Positions 27,940-37,774 of a stretch of 64,000 bases of DNA are shown here, one piece after another. Each line of letters opens with the position of its first letter. Position 1 is the first letter of the stretch. The translations under genes were made by a program, and so were the position numbers. The notes beneath the pieces were generated by a model. That model saw only the letters and a list, made by a program, of their open reading frames with translations. It was not told the origin of the DNA and made no database searches. Source of the stretch: Treponemataceae bacterium (GTDB lineage Bacteria; Spirochaetota; Spirochaetia; Treponematales; Rectinemataceae); the NCBI GenBank assembly GCA_963667725.2, contig CAXXHO010000003.1, positions 672,001 through 736,000 on the forward strand. Reading direction: 5' to 3'.

Positions 27940-29121
27940 TCAGAGCCGGGGGCCGATCCTGGTGATCCCGAAGTCGGCGTAGCCGAAGGCTTCCGATTTC
28001 GTAAGTCTTCCATTCGCGATGTCCGCCACGAAATCGATCATCTTCGCGGACTCCTCCGCGAAGGTGCCGCCTTCCTCGAGAATCGAGGAAACGTCTATGT
28101 CGATGTCGTCTTTCATGCGCTCAACGGTTTTTCTGTTGCCGGTGACCTTGATGATCGGCGTGACGGGATTCCCCAGAGGTGTCCCGAGGCCGGTGGTGAA
28201 AAGCACAAGGTTGCAGCCGCAGGCCATGAGCCCCGTCGTGCATTCCGGATCGTAGCCTGGCGAATCCATGAACCACAGGCCGGGCGTCGAGCCCACCGTC
28301 TCGGCGTATTCGACGACGCCGACGATAGGGCAGGTGTATCCGCCTTTGGAAATGGCGCCCAGTGATTTTTCTTCAATGGTGGTGAGGCCTCCCCTGACGT
28401 TTCCCGGGGAGATATTGTTGGGTACGGCGACGCCGTCCACCTCGTCCCTGTCCTCGCCTCGGCTGTACTCGACCATCTTCTTGATGCGGTCCACCAGCTT
28501 CGCCGCGATCTCAGGGCTGGCGCAGCGCTTGGTGAGGATGCTCTCCGTGCCTATGACCTCGGTGGTCTCCGACAAGACGATTCGCCCGCCCAAGGCGAAG
28601 AGTTCGTCCGAGACATAGCCTACGACGGGATTGGATGAGAGGCTGGACGAAAAATCGCTTCCTCCGCATTCGACGCCGAGCACGATGCTTGAGGGCTGGA
28701 CCTCTTCGCGTTTCATGCCCGCGAGGTCGCTGACCATCGCCGACACGATTTCCTTTCCTCGCTTCACGGTCGAAAGGGTGCCTCCCAGCTGTTGGGTGAC
28801 GATGAATTCGACCGGCTTTCCCGACTTTCCCAAATCGGCCGCCAATTCCTGGGGATCGATCCTCTCGCACCCCAAACCCACGAGAAGGATGGCTCCGACA
28901 TTGGGGTTGAGCCCCGTATTGAGCAGGGTCCTGAACGCCTGCCGATGATCGGCGCCTATCTGCGCGCAGCCCACTTCGTGGTGGACAGCTACGGCGCCGG
29001 GGATATCCTTCGCGATCAGGGAAGCGATATGATTCACGCAGGCGACGACGGGCATAACGAGCGTCACATTGCGAAAGCCGACCTTTCCGTCGGGACGGCG
29101 ATAGCCAAATAATGTCTTCAT
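27940..29121 (-). CDS. UxaA/GarD-family dehydratase, catalytic subunit
   Basis: GYRRPDG.VG.RN, GLGCE, CGGSD, GNVRGGLTTIEEKSLG and FTTG motifs. Confidence 0.88.
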   Translation of the reverse strand: MKTLFGYRRPDGKVGFRNVTLVMPVVACVNHIASLIAKDIPGAVAVHHEVGCAQIGADHRQAFRTLLNTGLNPNVGAILLVGLGCERIDPQELAADLGKSGKPVEFIVTQQLGGTLSTVKRGKEIVSAMVSDLAGMKREEVQPSSIVLGVECGGSDFSSSLSSNPVVGYVSDELFALGGRIVLSETTEVIGTESILTKRCASPEIAAKLVDRIKKMVEYSRGEDRDEVDGVAVPNNISPGNVRGGLTTIEEKSLGAISKGGYTCPIVGVVEYAETVGSTPGLWFMDSPGYDPECTTGLMACGCNLVLFTTGLGTPLGNPVTPIIKVTGNRKTVERMKDDIDIDVSSILEEGGTFAEESAKMIDFVADIANGRLTKSEAFGYADFGITRIGPRL

Positions 29122-29124
29122 CGT

Positions 29125-29403
29125 TTATTCCTCCGTTCTCTTGCTTCCCACATTGTGCACGTGAACATATGAGCCTTTCGTTATTTCGCGGAGGGAATAT
29201 CCTATCTCGAAACCGTATTTTACGACGGCCGCTCCCGCGGGAATCGCGGACAGCGCGATCTTGTGGCCGCGCGGCACTTTTTCGCCGGCCTTCAGTTCAA
29301 CGATATCGGTTAAGCCCTTGCACGAGACGATTTCATCCTTCTCGACGTCGTCCAGCACGGTCGCGACATTGTCGAGCCGATTCATTATCAATCCGCGTTT
29401 CAT
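29125..29403 (-). CDS. UxaA-family SAF-domain small subunit
   Basis: DNVAT, GHKIAL, KYG and VHVHNV motifs. Confidence 0.88.
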   Translation of the reverse strand: MKRGLIMNRLDNVATVLDDVEKDEIVSCKGLTDIVELKAGEKVPRGHKIALSAIPAGAAVVKYGFEIGYSLREITKGSYVHVHNVGSKRTEE

Positions 29404-29407
29404 CGCT

Positions 29408-30109
29408 TCACTCCTTCGTCGCAGGTATCGGGAATGTTATGCTCGACAGTTTATCGCTTACGATCGAGATCAAATGTTTGATGTGGCGGGCGAGCAGTTC
29501 TTTCGCGTTTTCAAGGTCGCCTTTCAATATGAGCTCGCCGATTTGGATATGCTGTTCGAGCTCGGATCGCACCCAATTCATATCGTCGGGCGGCGAGTAC
29601 TTCCTGATGACGTTGCGGTAGCGTTGGATATTAGCCATCAGCCTTTCGTAGGTGTGCTGCAGGTAGGGATTTCGGCAGGAAGCGATGATGAGGTCGTGGA
29701 GGGAGTAATCGAGTTCATATGGAAGGCTCGTGGGGGACTTGTCGTGGAGCTCTAGGAGTTCCCTCATCTCCATGACGAGGTTTTTCAGCACCATCTGGTC
29801 GACGTTGGCGATGGCTCTCTCCAGCGCGAGCAGTTCGAGGGAGAGGCGCATTTCGTAAACATATTCGGAATCCAGCTTCGTCATTGGCGCGACAAAGAAG
29901 CCCTTATTATGGATCCTCCGGATGAGGTCTTCCCTTTCGAGCAGCTGCAGCGCGCCTCTCACCGGCGTTATGCTTACATTCAGGGAAGCCGCGAGGGAGT
30001 TGATGTTGAGCGTCTCTTCCGGTGGAATCTCAAGCGAAATGATCCTGTTTTTGATATTTAGATAGACGACTTTCTCGAGGCTTTGCGCTTCAATGGGTTC
30101 AATATTCAT
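29408..30109 (-). CDS. GntR-family regulator (FCD domain)
   Basis: LNVSITPVRGAL HTH; R..LE, H...I and QH..I FCD motifs. Confidence 0.88.
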   Translation of the reverse strand: MNIEPIEAQSLEKVVYLNIKNRIISLEIPPEETLNINSLAASLNVSITPVRGALQLLEREDLIRRIHNKGFFVAPMTKLDSEYVYEMRLSLELLALERAIANVDQMVLKNLVMEMRELLELHDKSPTSLPYELDYSLHDLIIASCRNPYLQHTYERLMANIQRYRNVIRKYSPPDDMNWVRSELEQHIQIGELILKGDLENAKELLARHIKHLISIVSDKLSSITFPIPATKE

Positions 30110-30939
30110 GACATACCTTCCCGCTTGTTGTGACCTATATAATCTTCAAGTTTTTCGGCCATCTCGGTCAAAAAGACTGATTCTCCCATTTTCTTGTCCC
30201 CGAAGACTTCTACGCTGCAGTAGCCGACGTATTCAAGCCGCGCAAGCAGCTCGAAATATCGCGAGAAATCGATCTTGCCCCTGCCCAGAGGACTGTGAAA
30301 CGTGTCCGCAAGATGAACGAAACCCAATCGGCGCCTATTTTCCACGATGCCGGTTTCCTGGTCGAGCCCCACATGATCGGTGTCCAGAAGCCAGCCGAAA
30401 GTGGATAGACCGGCGACGTCTATGAAGGAGCATGCCTGCGATACGGTGTTGAGGGTGTCGCAGATGTCGGGCCTAAGGGGCTCGATCAGTAGCTTCACGC
30501 CTTCTTCTCCGGCGAGCCTGTCGAGCGCGGAAAAGGATTCGGCCATCGCCTCGAGCGAAGACATCTCATTTCCGTTCCATACTTTTCCGCGAAAACGTCC
30601 TATCCCGACCTTGCAGCCCAAACCGCCGGCCAGCCTGACCACGCTTTCAGCCTTCCTCAGGGCGGCCTTCCTCGCAGAGCCGTCGGGGTCGTTCAGCATG
30701 AGGTTTAGCGAACCGAAGAGTTCGCCGGTGCAGAGCTGGCTCACTTCAAGGCCCTGCGCCAAGACAGCCTTCTTGAAAGCGTCACGATCGAAGAGGTCCG
30801 GATCGCCAATCATCACTTCGATGCCATCAAATCCAAGCCCTTTCATGCATGACAAAGCTTCGGTTAGCGGCAGATTGAGGCCGGTGATGGCGTGGTCTCG
30901 GGGGAGAGAAGGATCGATCCACATATAGGATTTTTTCAT
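30106..30939 (-). CDS. Sugar phosphate isomerase/epimerase (AP-endonuclease-2 TIM barrel, IolO-like)
   Basis: GFDGIE, IEP, DTDH, HLAD, G.G.IDF and SVE motifs. Confidence 0.78.
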   Translation of the reverse strand: MKKSYMWIDPSLPRDHAITGLNLPLTEALSCMKGLGFDGIEVMIGDPDLFDRDAFKKAVLAQGLEVSQLCTGELFGSLNLMLNDPDGSARKAALRKAESVVRLAGGLGCKVGIGRFRGKVWNGNEMSSLEAMAESFSALDRLAGEEGVKLLIEPLRPDICDTLNTVSQACSFIDVAGLSTFGWLLDTDHVGLDQETGIVENRRRLGFVHLADTFHSPLGRGKIDFSRYFELLARLEYVGYCSVEVFGDKKMGESVFLTEMAEKLEDYIGHNKREGMS

Positions 30940-31805
30940 CACGTCCTCGCCGCCAGCTTGCATACGCAGAGGGAGAGATACTTCGCTTCGTCGGAATCGG
31001 CGCGCGAGGTGAGGACGATCGGACACTTCGTTCCCCAAAGAATCCCGCCCACAGAGGCTCCGGCGAGGTGAACGGCCGCCTTGATGAGCATGGCCGCGCT
31101 CTCCAGGTCCGGCGCGATCAGCACATCGGCGGGAGGGACGAATGAAAAGCGAAGGCCTTTCTTTTCGCAGGCGAGGGGAGAGAGCGCCGAATCCAAGGCC
31201 ATCGGCCCATCGACGACGGCGCCGGCGATCTGACCTCTTCTGGCCATGGTCGAGAGAATGGCCGCGTCGCTTCCCGACGTTATGCCCGGCAGCACGAGTT
31301 CGTTGGCGCTGAGGATGGCCACCTTGGGCGTCGTCTCGCCCAGGAGCCTGGAACAGCGGATGGCATTGAGCACAATCTCGACTTTCTGGGCCAGATCCGG
31401 ATAGGGGGTTACGGTACCGTCTGATACGACAATCGGCTTTTCGTAGCCGGGGAGGTCGAGAATGGAGCAGTGCGTGATATAGCCGGTACGGAAGGCCGAT
31501 TTTACGAGGCCCTTGAGGAAGATGTTGGTGTTGACCAAGCCCTTCGCCAGACTGTCCAGGTCTCCCCGGAGGCAGAACTCCAGCGCTTTTTCGATGGCCT
31601 CCGCGGGGCTCCGCGCCAGAACCGTCTCGATTCCTTCTATAGTCGAGGGACTGAAGGCTATGGAATCGGCCACTCCGTTTTCGCGTGCCCGCCGCGCCGT
31701 CCTGACAAGTCCCTCATCGGGAAAGATCAGGCCTACCTTGAAATCCGGCGCGCGGGATTCCGCCTTCTGGACGCATCGAGCCAGTGTCTTCGATAGTTCC
31801 GCCAT
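30939..31805 (-). CDS. Phosphate butyryltransferase-like phosphate acyltransferase
   Basis: KGLV.T, PDL.QK, VDGPMALD, DVLIAP and LTSRADS motifs; adjacent to buk. Confidence 0.82.
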   Translation of the reverse strand: MAELSKTLARCVQKAESRAPDFKVGLIFPDEGLVRTARRARENGVADSIAFSPSTIEGIETVLARSPAEAIEKALEFCLRGDLDSLAKGLVNTNIFLKGLVKSAFRTGYITHCSILDLPGYEKPIVVSDGTVTPYPDLAQKVEIVLNAIRCSRLLGETTPKVAILSANELVLPGITSGSDAAILSTMARRGQIAGAVVDGPMALDSALSPLACEKKGLRFSFVPPADVLIAPDLESAAMLIKAAVHLAGASVGGILWGTKCPIVLTSRADSDEAKYLSLCVCKLAART

Positions 31806-31881
31806 TTTTCTCGATCTCCTTCCTAGTAAAACAGGCCGTGTGCCGATCTCATGCCGACAGGGACGGCTTTTTGACTCGCGC

Positions 31882-32934
31882 TCAATAGTCCAGGGGCAGA
31901 ATGTCGCCTTTCAAGACGTTGCGTACCCCTTCGGCGAGCGCCTCCATCTCGAATTCGCCCGGATACCAGAGCAGCCGGCCGGCGAATCCGAGAGAATCAG
32001 CGAGCATTCCCCGAATTTTTTCGCTATGGATCACGCCTCCCGTGAAGGCGAGGGCGTCGGGTCTGCCGCCGAATAGAGGAAGGAAGCTGGAGACCCCCTT
32101 CGCGATCTGGTAGACGTAGGCGTCGATGACCGACTTGGCTTCCGTATGGTCTTCGGCAAGCTTTAGTATATCCTGAATGTTTCTCATGCCAAAGTGCGAC
32201 ACCATGCCGCCTTCGTGCGCCAGCTCTTTTACCGCTTCAGGTATGGAAATCGCTTTGGCCTCCATGTATTCCAGCAACTTGAGGGTAGGAAGCCCGCCGG
32301 CCCGTTCCACCGCGAAGGGCCCTTCCTGGTCGCTGTTGTAGAGGTCGACCATCCGTCCACGCAGGTGGGCGCTGATGGATCCTCCTCCTCCGAGGTGTGT
32401 CACTATAAGCCCGGCGTCGGCATACTCCATCCCGATCTCCCGGGCGGCTTTTTTCGCGACCGATTTCATGGAGAGAGCATGCGAGAGCGAAGCGCGGCTG
32501 ATGTCTTTGATGCCGGTGATCCTCGCCGTCTCGTCCAGTTCGTCGACGCTGATGGGGTCAACTGTGTAGCCGGGTACGCCGAATTCCTTTTCGAAATCCC
32601 AGGCCATGACCACCGCGATGTTCGCGGGATGCTGGCCCTGGAGTCCGCGCTTCGCGTGGCCGACCATCTCTTCGTTCACCCGGTAGACGCCCGACGATAC
32701 GGGCTTAAGCCGCCCTCCGCGGGCGGCGAAACCGTCAAGCTGTCGGGGGTCTACGCCAATGCGCTCCAAATGATCGAGGACGCCCTGCCTGCGAGCGCGA
32801 TATTGATCGGGGAACAGCGGCAGGTCCAGAAAGGCGCCGACATGTTCCAGCTTAGCGCTGTCGACGCATCGCTCATCTTCGTAGAGAGCGGTGCGCGTCG
32901 ATGTGGACCCGGGGTTCACCACCAGGATAAGCAT
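31882..32934 (-). CDS. buk: Butyrate kinase family carboxylate kinase
   Basis: NPGSTST, RGG.LKP, VDP..VDE, HLGGG, EGPF..ERAG and PGE.EM motifs; start at ATG 32934. Confidence 0.85.
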   Translation of the reverse strand: MLILVVNPGSTSTRTALYEDERCVDSAKLEHVGAFLDLPLFPDQYRARRQGVLDHLERIGVDPRQLDGFAARGGRLKPVSSGVYRVNEEMVGHAKRGLQGQHPANIAVVMAWDFEKEFGVPGYTVDPISVDELDETARITGIKDISRASLSHALSMKSVAKKAAREIGMEYADAGLIVTHLGGGGSISAHLRGRMVDLYNSDQEGPFAVERAGGLPTLKLLEYMEAKAISIPEAVKELAHEGGMVSHFGMRNIQDILKLAEDHTEAKSVIDAYVYQIAKGVSSFLPLFGGRPDALAFTGGVIHSEKIRGMLADSLGFAGRLLWYPGEFEMEALAEGVRNVLKGDILPLDY

Positions 32935-32939
32935 TTCTT

Positions 32940-34208
32940 CTAAGCCTTTCCCACAACGTCGCCGACGATTTTGGCGATCAGGGACTCTTCGAGGACCGTC
33001 TTTCTGATGCGACCTTCCCCATGGATCCTCTCGAGGATGTCCTCGAGCTGCTTTTCCGTCGCTTCGATGCCGTTCTGCCGCAGATAATACTTCACGCTGG
33101 CGTTTCCGCTGAAGGCTCCGTATTTTATTTCCGGACCGGGCCTGCCCACCAGCTGGGGCATGTAGGGGGTCATCGCCGCGTTGATGCCGGCGTCGTTCAA
33201 CTTGTCGAGAGCGTCGACGACGACGCCCGATTCGACCCAGAACAGTCTTTCGCCTACGACGGGACTGTTGTACGCGGGCGACAGCTTCGCTATATCCTGC
33301 ACCAGTTTCGACACGTTCCACAATTTGGAGATGTCGACGCCGGAATCGATGTTGAGCAGGATTTTGAGCGCCGCGGCCACTTGTTCCGTCGCGACGTTTC
33401 CTGTCCTCTCGCCGAGCCCATTCATCGAAGAATGAATCGTTCTCGCGCCTCCCATGACGGCGGCAATCACCGACCCCATGGCCAGGCCGAATTCGTTATG
33501 GACATGGAATTCGAGTCCAATCTTTTCGGGGATCACTTTCCGCAGTTCCTCAAAAGCGAACTGGATGGCCGAAGGTGTACCCACTCCGAAACTGTCGACG
33601 AAGGCTACGGTTTCCGGATTGGCCGCCGCCGCGATCCTGCCGAAGGTGTCAAGGACGTAATCGATGGACGAGCGCGTCGCGTCCCAGCCCATGAAACTCA
33701 CCTTGGTGCCGTTCTTCCTGGCCATTTCGATGCAGTTCGTCACTTTTTCGACGACCTGATCCATGGTGCTGTGATAGACATAGGCGTTCAGGTAAGGATT
33801 GACCGCATGTTCCACGATGATACGGTCGACGCCCACTTCGAGGGCTGCCTCGATATCCTTGGGCATCGCCCTGCAGAATGCGACGATCTCGCTTTTGAGG
33901 TGCATTTGTTTCAGACGCTTGATCGCCCTGCGATTCTCGTCGGAAATTATGGGCATGCCCACCTCGATACGGTCGACGCCAAGCTCGTCGAGGGCTTCGC
34001 CGATCCTGACGCGGTCATCTTCCCTCCACACGAGACCGCAGGTCTGTTCGCCGTCTCGCAGGGTGACGTCGTGGATGCTCACTCTTTTCGGCAGTTTGGC
34101 GTAGGAGGCTCCTTCGAGGTAATTCTGGGGGGAGACCCAGCGCTGCGCGTCAAAATATGGCGTGCCTTTCATGGGCATGCCTTTTAGTTCATGTAATTCG
34201 TTTGTCAT
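32940..34208 (-). CDS. DRE-TIM (LeuA/homocitrate synthase-like) protein lacking the C-terminal regulatory domain
   Basis: DVTLRDGEQ, HVHN and NGLGERTGN motifs; 422 aa. Confidence 0.85.
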   Translation of the reverse strand: MTNELHELKGMPMKGTPYFDAQRWVSPQNYLEGASYAKLPKRVSIHDVTLRDGEQTCGLVWREDDRVRIGEALDELGVDRIEVGMPIISDENRRAIKRLKQMHLKSEIVAFCRAMPKDIEAALEVGVDRIIVEHAVNPYLNAYVYHSTMDQVVEKVTNCIEMARKNGTKVSFMGWDATRSSIDYVLDTFGRIAAAANPETVAFVDSFGVGTPSAIQFAFEELRKVIPEKIGLEFHVHNEFGLAMGSVIAAVMGGARTIHSSMNGLGERTGNVATEQVAAALKILLNIDSGVDISKLWNVSKLVQDIAKLSPAYNSPVVGERLFWVESGVVVDALDKLNDAGINAAMTPYMPQLVGRPGPEIKYGAFSGNASVKYYLRQNGIEATEKQLEDILERIHGEGRIRKTVLEESLIAKIVGDVVGKA

Positions 34209-34286
34209 TTCCGTTTCCTCCTAGCTTTGCTATATAAAATTTGCCGTCAAAAATATTCGCTGTTGCCTGCTCCAGGCGACTTCGTC

Positions 34287-35018
34287 TCAATCTTTCGCGA
34301 AATACATATCCTGGATCATCTGGTTGGAGTGGATCTCCGACACCGGGCCTTCCATGACGATCGATCCCTGCGACAGAATATAGATTCGATCGCTCAACGG
34401 CAGGGACAGCTTGGCGTTTTGCTCCACGATCAGAAGCGTGAGTTTCGTGTTCTTCACGATTTCCTTCAAGGTCCTGAAAATTCTCTGGACGATAACGGGG
34501 GCCAAACCCATGGAAGGTTCATCGATCAAGACGAGATCGCATTTGGAGACAATCGCTCTCCCGATTGCGAGCATCTGCTGTTCGCCGCCGCTCAACGACC
34601 CGGCCTGCTGATTTTTTCGGGTAATCAGTTCCGGAAAGAGCTGGTAAACCTCATCGATTTTCGCCTTGCGCGAAGCGCCCGGAATTCTGGTGGCCGCGAC
34701 TTCGAGGTTCTCGTTCACCGACATCGCCGGAAACACCTGTCTCCCTTCCGGAACATGGGCAACGCCTTCCTTGACGATAGTGTATGCCGGTTTGCCCACA
34801 AGTTGCGCGCCGCAGAACTTGATGCTGGAGCCGCTCTCCGGCTTCACCAGTCCCGAAATCGTGCGCAGGAGCGTCGTTTTTCCGGCCCCATTGGGGCCCA
34901 GAACCGATACCACCTCGCCTTTATTGACATACATGGAAACGGATCGAAGCGCGGTGATGCCGTTATACGCCACTTTCAGGTTTTCGATTTCGAGCATGGC
35001 TTCGTGATTGCCGTTCAT
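34287..35018 (-). CDS. LIV-type ABC ATP-binding protein (LivF-like)
   Basis: GPNGAGKTT, VPEGR, LSGGEQQM, DEPSMGLAP and VEQN motifs. Confidence 0.92.
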   Translation of the reverse strand: MNGNHEAMLEIENLKVAYNGITALRSVSMYVNKGEVVSVLGPNGAGKTTLLRTISGLVKPESGSSIKFCGAQLVGKPAYTIVKEGVAHVPEGRQVFPAMSVNENLEVAATRIPGASRKAKIDEVYQLFPELITRKNQQAGSLSGGEQQMLAIGRAIVSKCDLVLIDEPSMGLAPVIVQRIFRTLKEIVKNTKLTLLIVEQNAKLSLPLSDRIYILSQGSIVMEGPVSEIHSNQMIQDMYFAKD

Positions 35019-35779
35019 TCTTCGTCTCCCAAATAGGCGGTTATGACCGCCCTGTTCTTTTCGATCTCCTCGAATGGTCCCTGGGCGATCACTTCGCCGA
35101 AATTGAGCACATACACCCAATCAACGGCTTTTCTGATGAATTCCATGGTGTGTTCGACCAGCAGCATGGTGATTCTCTTTTCCTTGAGGATATCCATGAT
35201 GCGCAATACCTCGACAAATTCTTCCTTCGTCATTCCGGCCGCGGGTTCGTCGAGCAAAAGCAGGGAAGGTTCGAGCGCGAGAGCCCGGGCAATTTCCAGC
35301 GCGCGCCTTTTACCGTACGGAAGCTTGGACGGATAGGACATCGCGTCGCTTTCGAGGCCCAACAATCGTAGAAGCTCCATCGACTTTTCGTACTGTTCGT
35401 CTTCCTCGCGGCGCAGTTTTTTTGACCTGAACGCCACGTCAAAAAGCGATGACGAGATGAATTTGCCCCTTGGAACCAATACATTCTCCAGAACATTCAG
35501 CCGATCGAAAAGCTGGATCCTTTGAAAAGTCCTGGCGATTCCCATGGAGGCTACTTTGCACGCCGGTTGCTGCGATATCTCCGTTCCCTTGAATTTGATG
35601 CTTCCCGATGTGGGAGGGAAAATGCCGGAAATCTGATTGATGAAGGTCGTCTTGCCCGAACCGTTTGGGCCTATCAGGCCGGTCGTTTTTCCTTCCGTTA
35701 TTAAAAGGTCGATCCCGTTGTTCGCTATGATGCCGCCGAATTTTTTCGTAAGCGCTTTCGTTTCCAGAATATACGACAT
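35015..35779 (-). CDS. LIV-type ABC ATP-binding protein (LivG-like)
   Basis: GPNGSGKTT, ARTFQ, LPYG, DEPAAG, EH and AYLG motifs. Confidence 0.92.
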   Translation of the reverse strand: MSYILETKALTKKFGGIIANNGIDLLITEGKTTGLIGPNGSGKTTFINQISGIFPPTSGSIKFKGTEISQQPACKVASMGIARTFQRIQLFDRLNVLENVLVPRGKFISSSLFDVAFRSKKLRREEDEQYEKSMELLRLLGLESDAMSYPSKLPYGKRRALEIARALALEPSLLLLDEPAAGMTKEEFVEVLRIMDILKEKRITMLLVEHTMEFIRKAVDWVYVLNFGEVIAQGPFEEIEKNRAVITAYLGDEE

Positions 35780-35781
35780 GA

Positions 35782-36783
35782 TTATGCTTTCTCCTTGCCT
35801 TTTGGGTTACGCAAGGTCATAGCTCGCGGATTTTCGCCCCAAAGCCGTGATAGACCATTGAAAAGGCTTGCCCCGAGCCCCTTTGGAAGGAAGATGATGA
35901 TGAGGAGAACGATGGACGCGTTGACTATCAGATAGTAATTCTCGAAGCCCCTGATGTTAAGGCGGAGCAGTTCGGGAAGCCATGTGAGCAGTACACCTCC
36001 GATAACGCCGCCGCTCATGTGGCGCAGGCCACCGACGACGGCCATCGCGACGGCGTTGCCCGATTCGAAAAAGACGAAAGGCTCCGGCGTGAGAAATCCC
36101 AGCATGTGAGCGTAGAGACTGCCCGAGAGTCCCGCCAGGGCGGCGGAAAAGCTGAACGCCATAATCTTCGTGTTTTTGGAGTTGATTCCGCAGGCTTCGG
36201 CGGCGATTTCGTCGTCGTTCACCGCGAACATCTTTCGTCCGATATGCGAATATTTTATCCGGTTAATCAAAACGAGAGACAGAACGGCGAAAGCGAGAAA
36301 CACATAATAGTACATCGCGTTCGAAAACAAATTATTCCCTATTTTCATGAGAGGAATGTTGAACAGACCCTGGGATCCCCCGGTCAGCTTCGTCAGATTC
36401 ACAAGCAAAAGCCATACGATCTGCCCGAAGGCGATCGTCATTAGCGAAAGGAAGAAAGCCTTCAGCTTGAATGAAGGGATCGCCACCAAAAGTCCAGCGA
36501 AAGCGCTGAGCGCGACGCCAGCGAGGATGCCGACGGGAATGGGCAGTCCCAGTTTCACGGTCACGAGCGCCGAGGTATATGCTCCGATCGCGGAGAAGCC
36601 TGCCTGACCAAGAGAAATCTGCCCCGCGAAGCCGGTAAGAAATACCAAGCCTGAAGCCAAGATCACATTCAGCAGGGCTCGATTTGTCACGAAAAGATCA
36701 TAATCGTTCCTGCTCAGCAGAGGCATGCAGAGGAGGAAGGTGAAAAACAGGAAATAGATGATTCGTTTTATTATTTGGCGCAT
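35782..36783 (-). CDS. LIV-type ABC permease (LivM-like)
   Basis: GQISLGQAGF..IGAY, TGG.QG and EIAAEACGI motifs; hydrophobic. Confidence 0.9.
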   Translation of the reverse strand: MRQIIKRIIYFLFFTFLLCMPLLSRNDYDLFVTNRALLNVILASGLVFLTGFAGQISLGQAGFSAIGAYTSALVTVKLGLPIPVGILAGVALSAFAGLLVAIPSFKLKAFFLSLMTIAFGQIVWLLLVNLTKLTGGSQGLFNIPLMKIGNNLFSNAMYYYVFLAFAVLSLVLINRIKYSHIGRKMFAVNDDEIAAEACGINSKNTKIMAFSFSAALAGLSGSLYAHMLGFLTPEPFVFFESGNAVAMAVVGGLRHMSGGVIGGVLLTWLPELLRLNIRGFENYYLIVNASIVLLIIIFLPKGLGASLFNGLSRLWGENPRAMTLRNPKGKEKA

Positions 36784-36787
36784 TGCT

Positions 36788-37681
36788 TCAGTCTCCTTTG
36801 GTTGTCCAGTTAAAAATGCCTCGCGGCTTCCAGAGCAGTACGACAACGAGAATCATGAAGGAGATGATATCCTTGTAGGCCGACGAAATGAAAAGCGTGG
36901 AAAAGTTCTCGATCAAACCTATCGTGATTCCGCCGAGAATAGCGCCGAAAGGATCGATCAAGCCTCCCATCACCGCGGAAGCGAATCCTTTCACGCCGAT
37001 CGATCCGCCCCCGAGTTCCAGGGACACGAAATATATAGGGGCGAGTAAAATGCCCGCTATGCCGACTATCGTGGTCGCCATCATGAAGGCGATGGATGTT
37101 GTCAGGTTGACGTTGACGCCCATAAGCGCCGCGGCTTCCTTGTTCTGAGCGGTTGCCCTGAGCATTTTTCCTATGAAAGTCTTTCGGAGAAGAAAGTAAA
37201 GACCGAGAATCAGCAACAATACGACCAGGAATATCCAGAAATAGACCGAAGGGATGCTTATCGGTCCCATCTGGACAAAACTAGTGGCTTCGCCGAAAAC
37301 GGGGGGGAAGGGCTTCGGAAGACCGCCGAAGGTGGCGTTTATGACCGACAGCCACAATATGCACAACATCAGCGTGGCGACAACGAATTCGAGTTTGTCT
37401 CCGCCGTGCCGGGTGATCGGTTCATAGACGAGATAGCGCAACAACATCCCATAAATCGCGATGATCAGTATCGAACAGATGAAAGATAGAAAAAACCCGA
37501 AATGCAGCTGAGTATAGAATGTGTAAAACAAGTACGCGGCAAGCATCGCTGAACTTATGTTCGCGAAATTTATCCTGTTTATGCTCTGCCAGAGGAAAAC
37601 GACGCCGAGGCCTATAAGTCCATAGGTGGACCCCACGGTTACACCGCCAATAATATTTTGAAGAAGATCATTAAAAAGCAT
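36788..37681 (-). CDS. LIV-type ABC permease (LivH-like)
   Basis: INFA, LRATAQN.EAA.LMGVN and KPRGIF motifs. Confidence 0.9.
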   Translation of the reverse strand: MLFNDLLQNIIGGVTVGSTYGLIGLGVVFLWQSINRINFANISSAMLAAYLFYTFYTQLHFGFFLSFICSILIIAIYGMLLRYLVYEPITRHGGDKLEFVVATLMLCILWLSVINATFGGLPKPFPPVFGEATSFVQMGPISIPSVYFWIFLVVLLLILGLYFLLRKTFIGKMLRATAQNKEAAALMGVNVNLTTSIAFMMATTIVGIAGILLAPIYFVSLELGGGSIGVKGFASAVMGGLIDPFGAILGGITIGLIENFSTLFISSAYKDIISFMILVVVLLWKPRGIFNWTTKGD

Positions 37682-37774
37682 GGATGTTTCCTCTCAAAGC
37701 CTGGAATTTAGCCAATCCGGCCGGGAGTACCTGCCGAATTGGCTACGAAGAAGCGAAACGCTAGGAATGTCTGA

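Noticed and set aside
26823..29403. Split UxaA + Ldh_2 as SuyAB + ComC (sulfolactate degradation)
   Set aside because: The large subunit has HHEVGCAQ and GLGCE of generic UxaA rather than the SuyB-type motifs I recall, and no sulfite exporter is present; not fully excluded without a phylogeny
32935..33321. Arg-rich N-terminal extension of buk in the ORF track
   Set aside because: Out-of-frame overlap with the DRE-TIM gene; Buk homology starts at MLILVVNPGS
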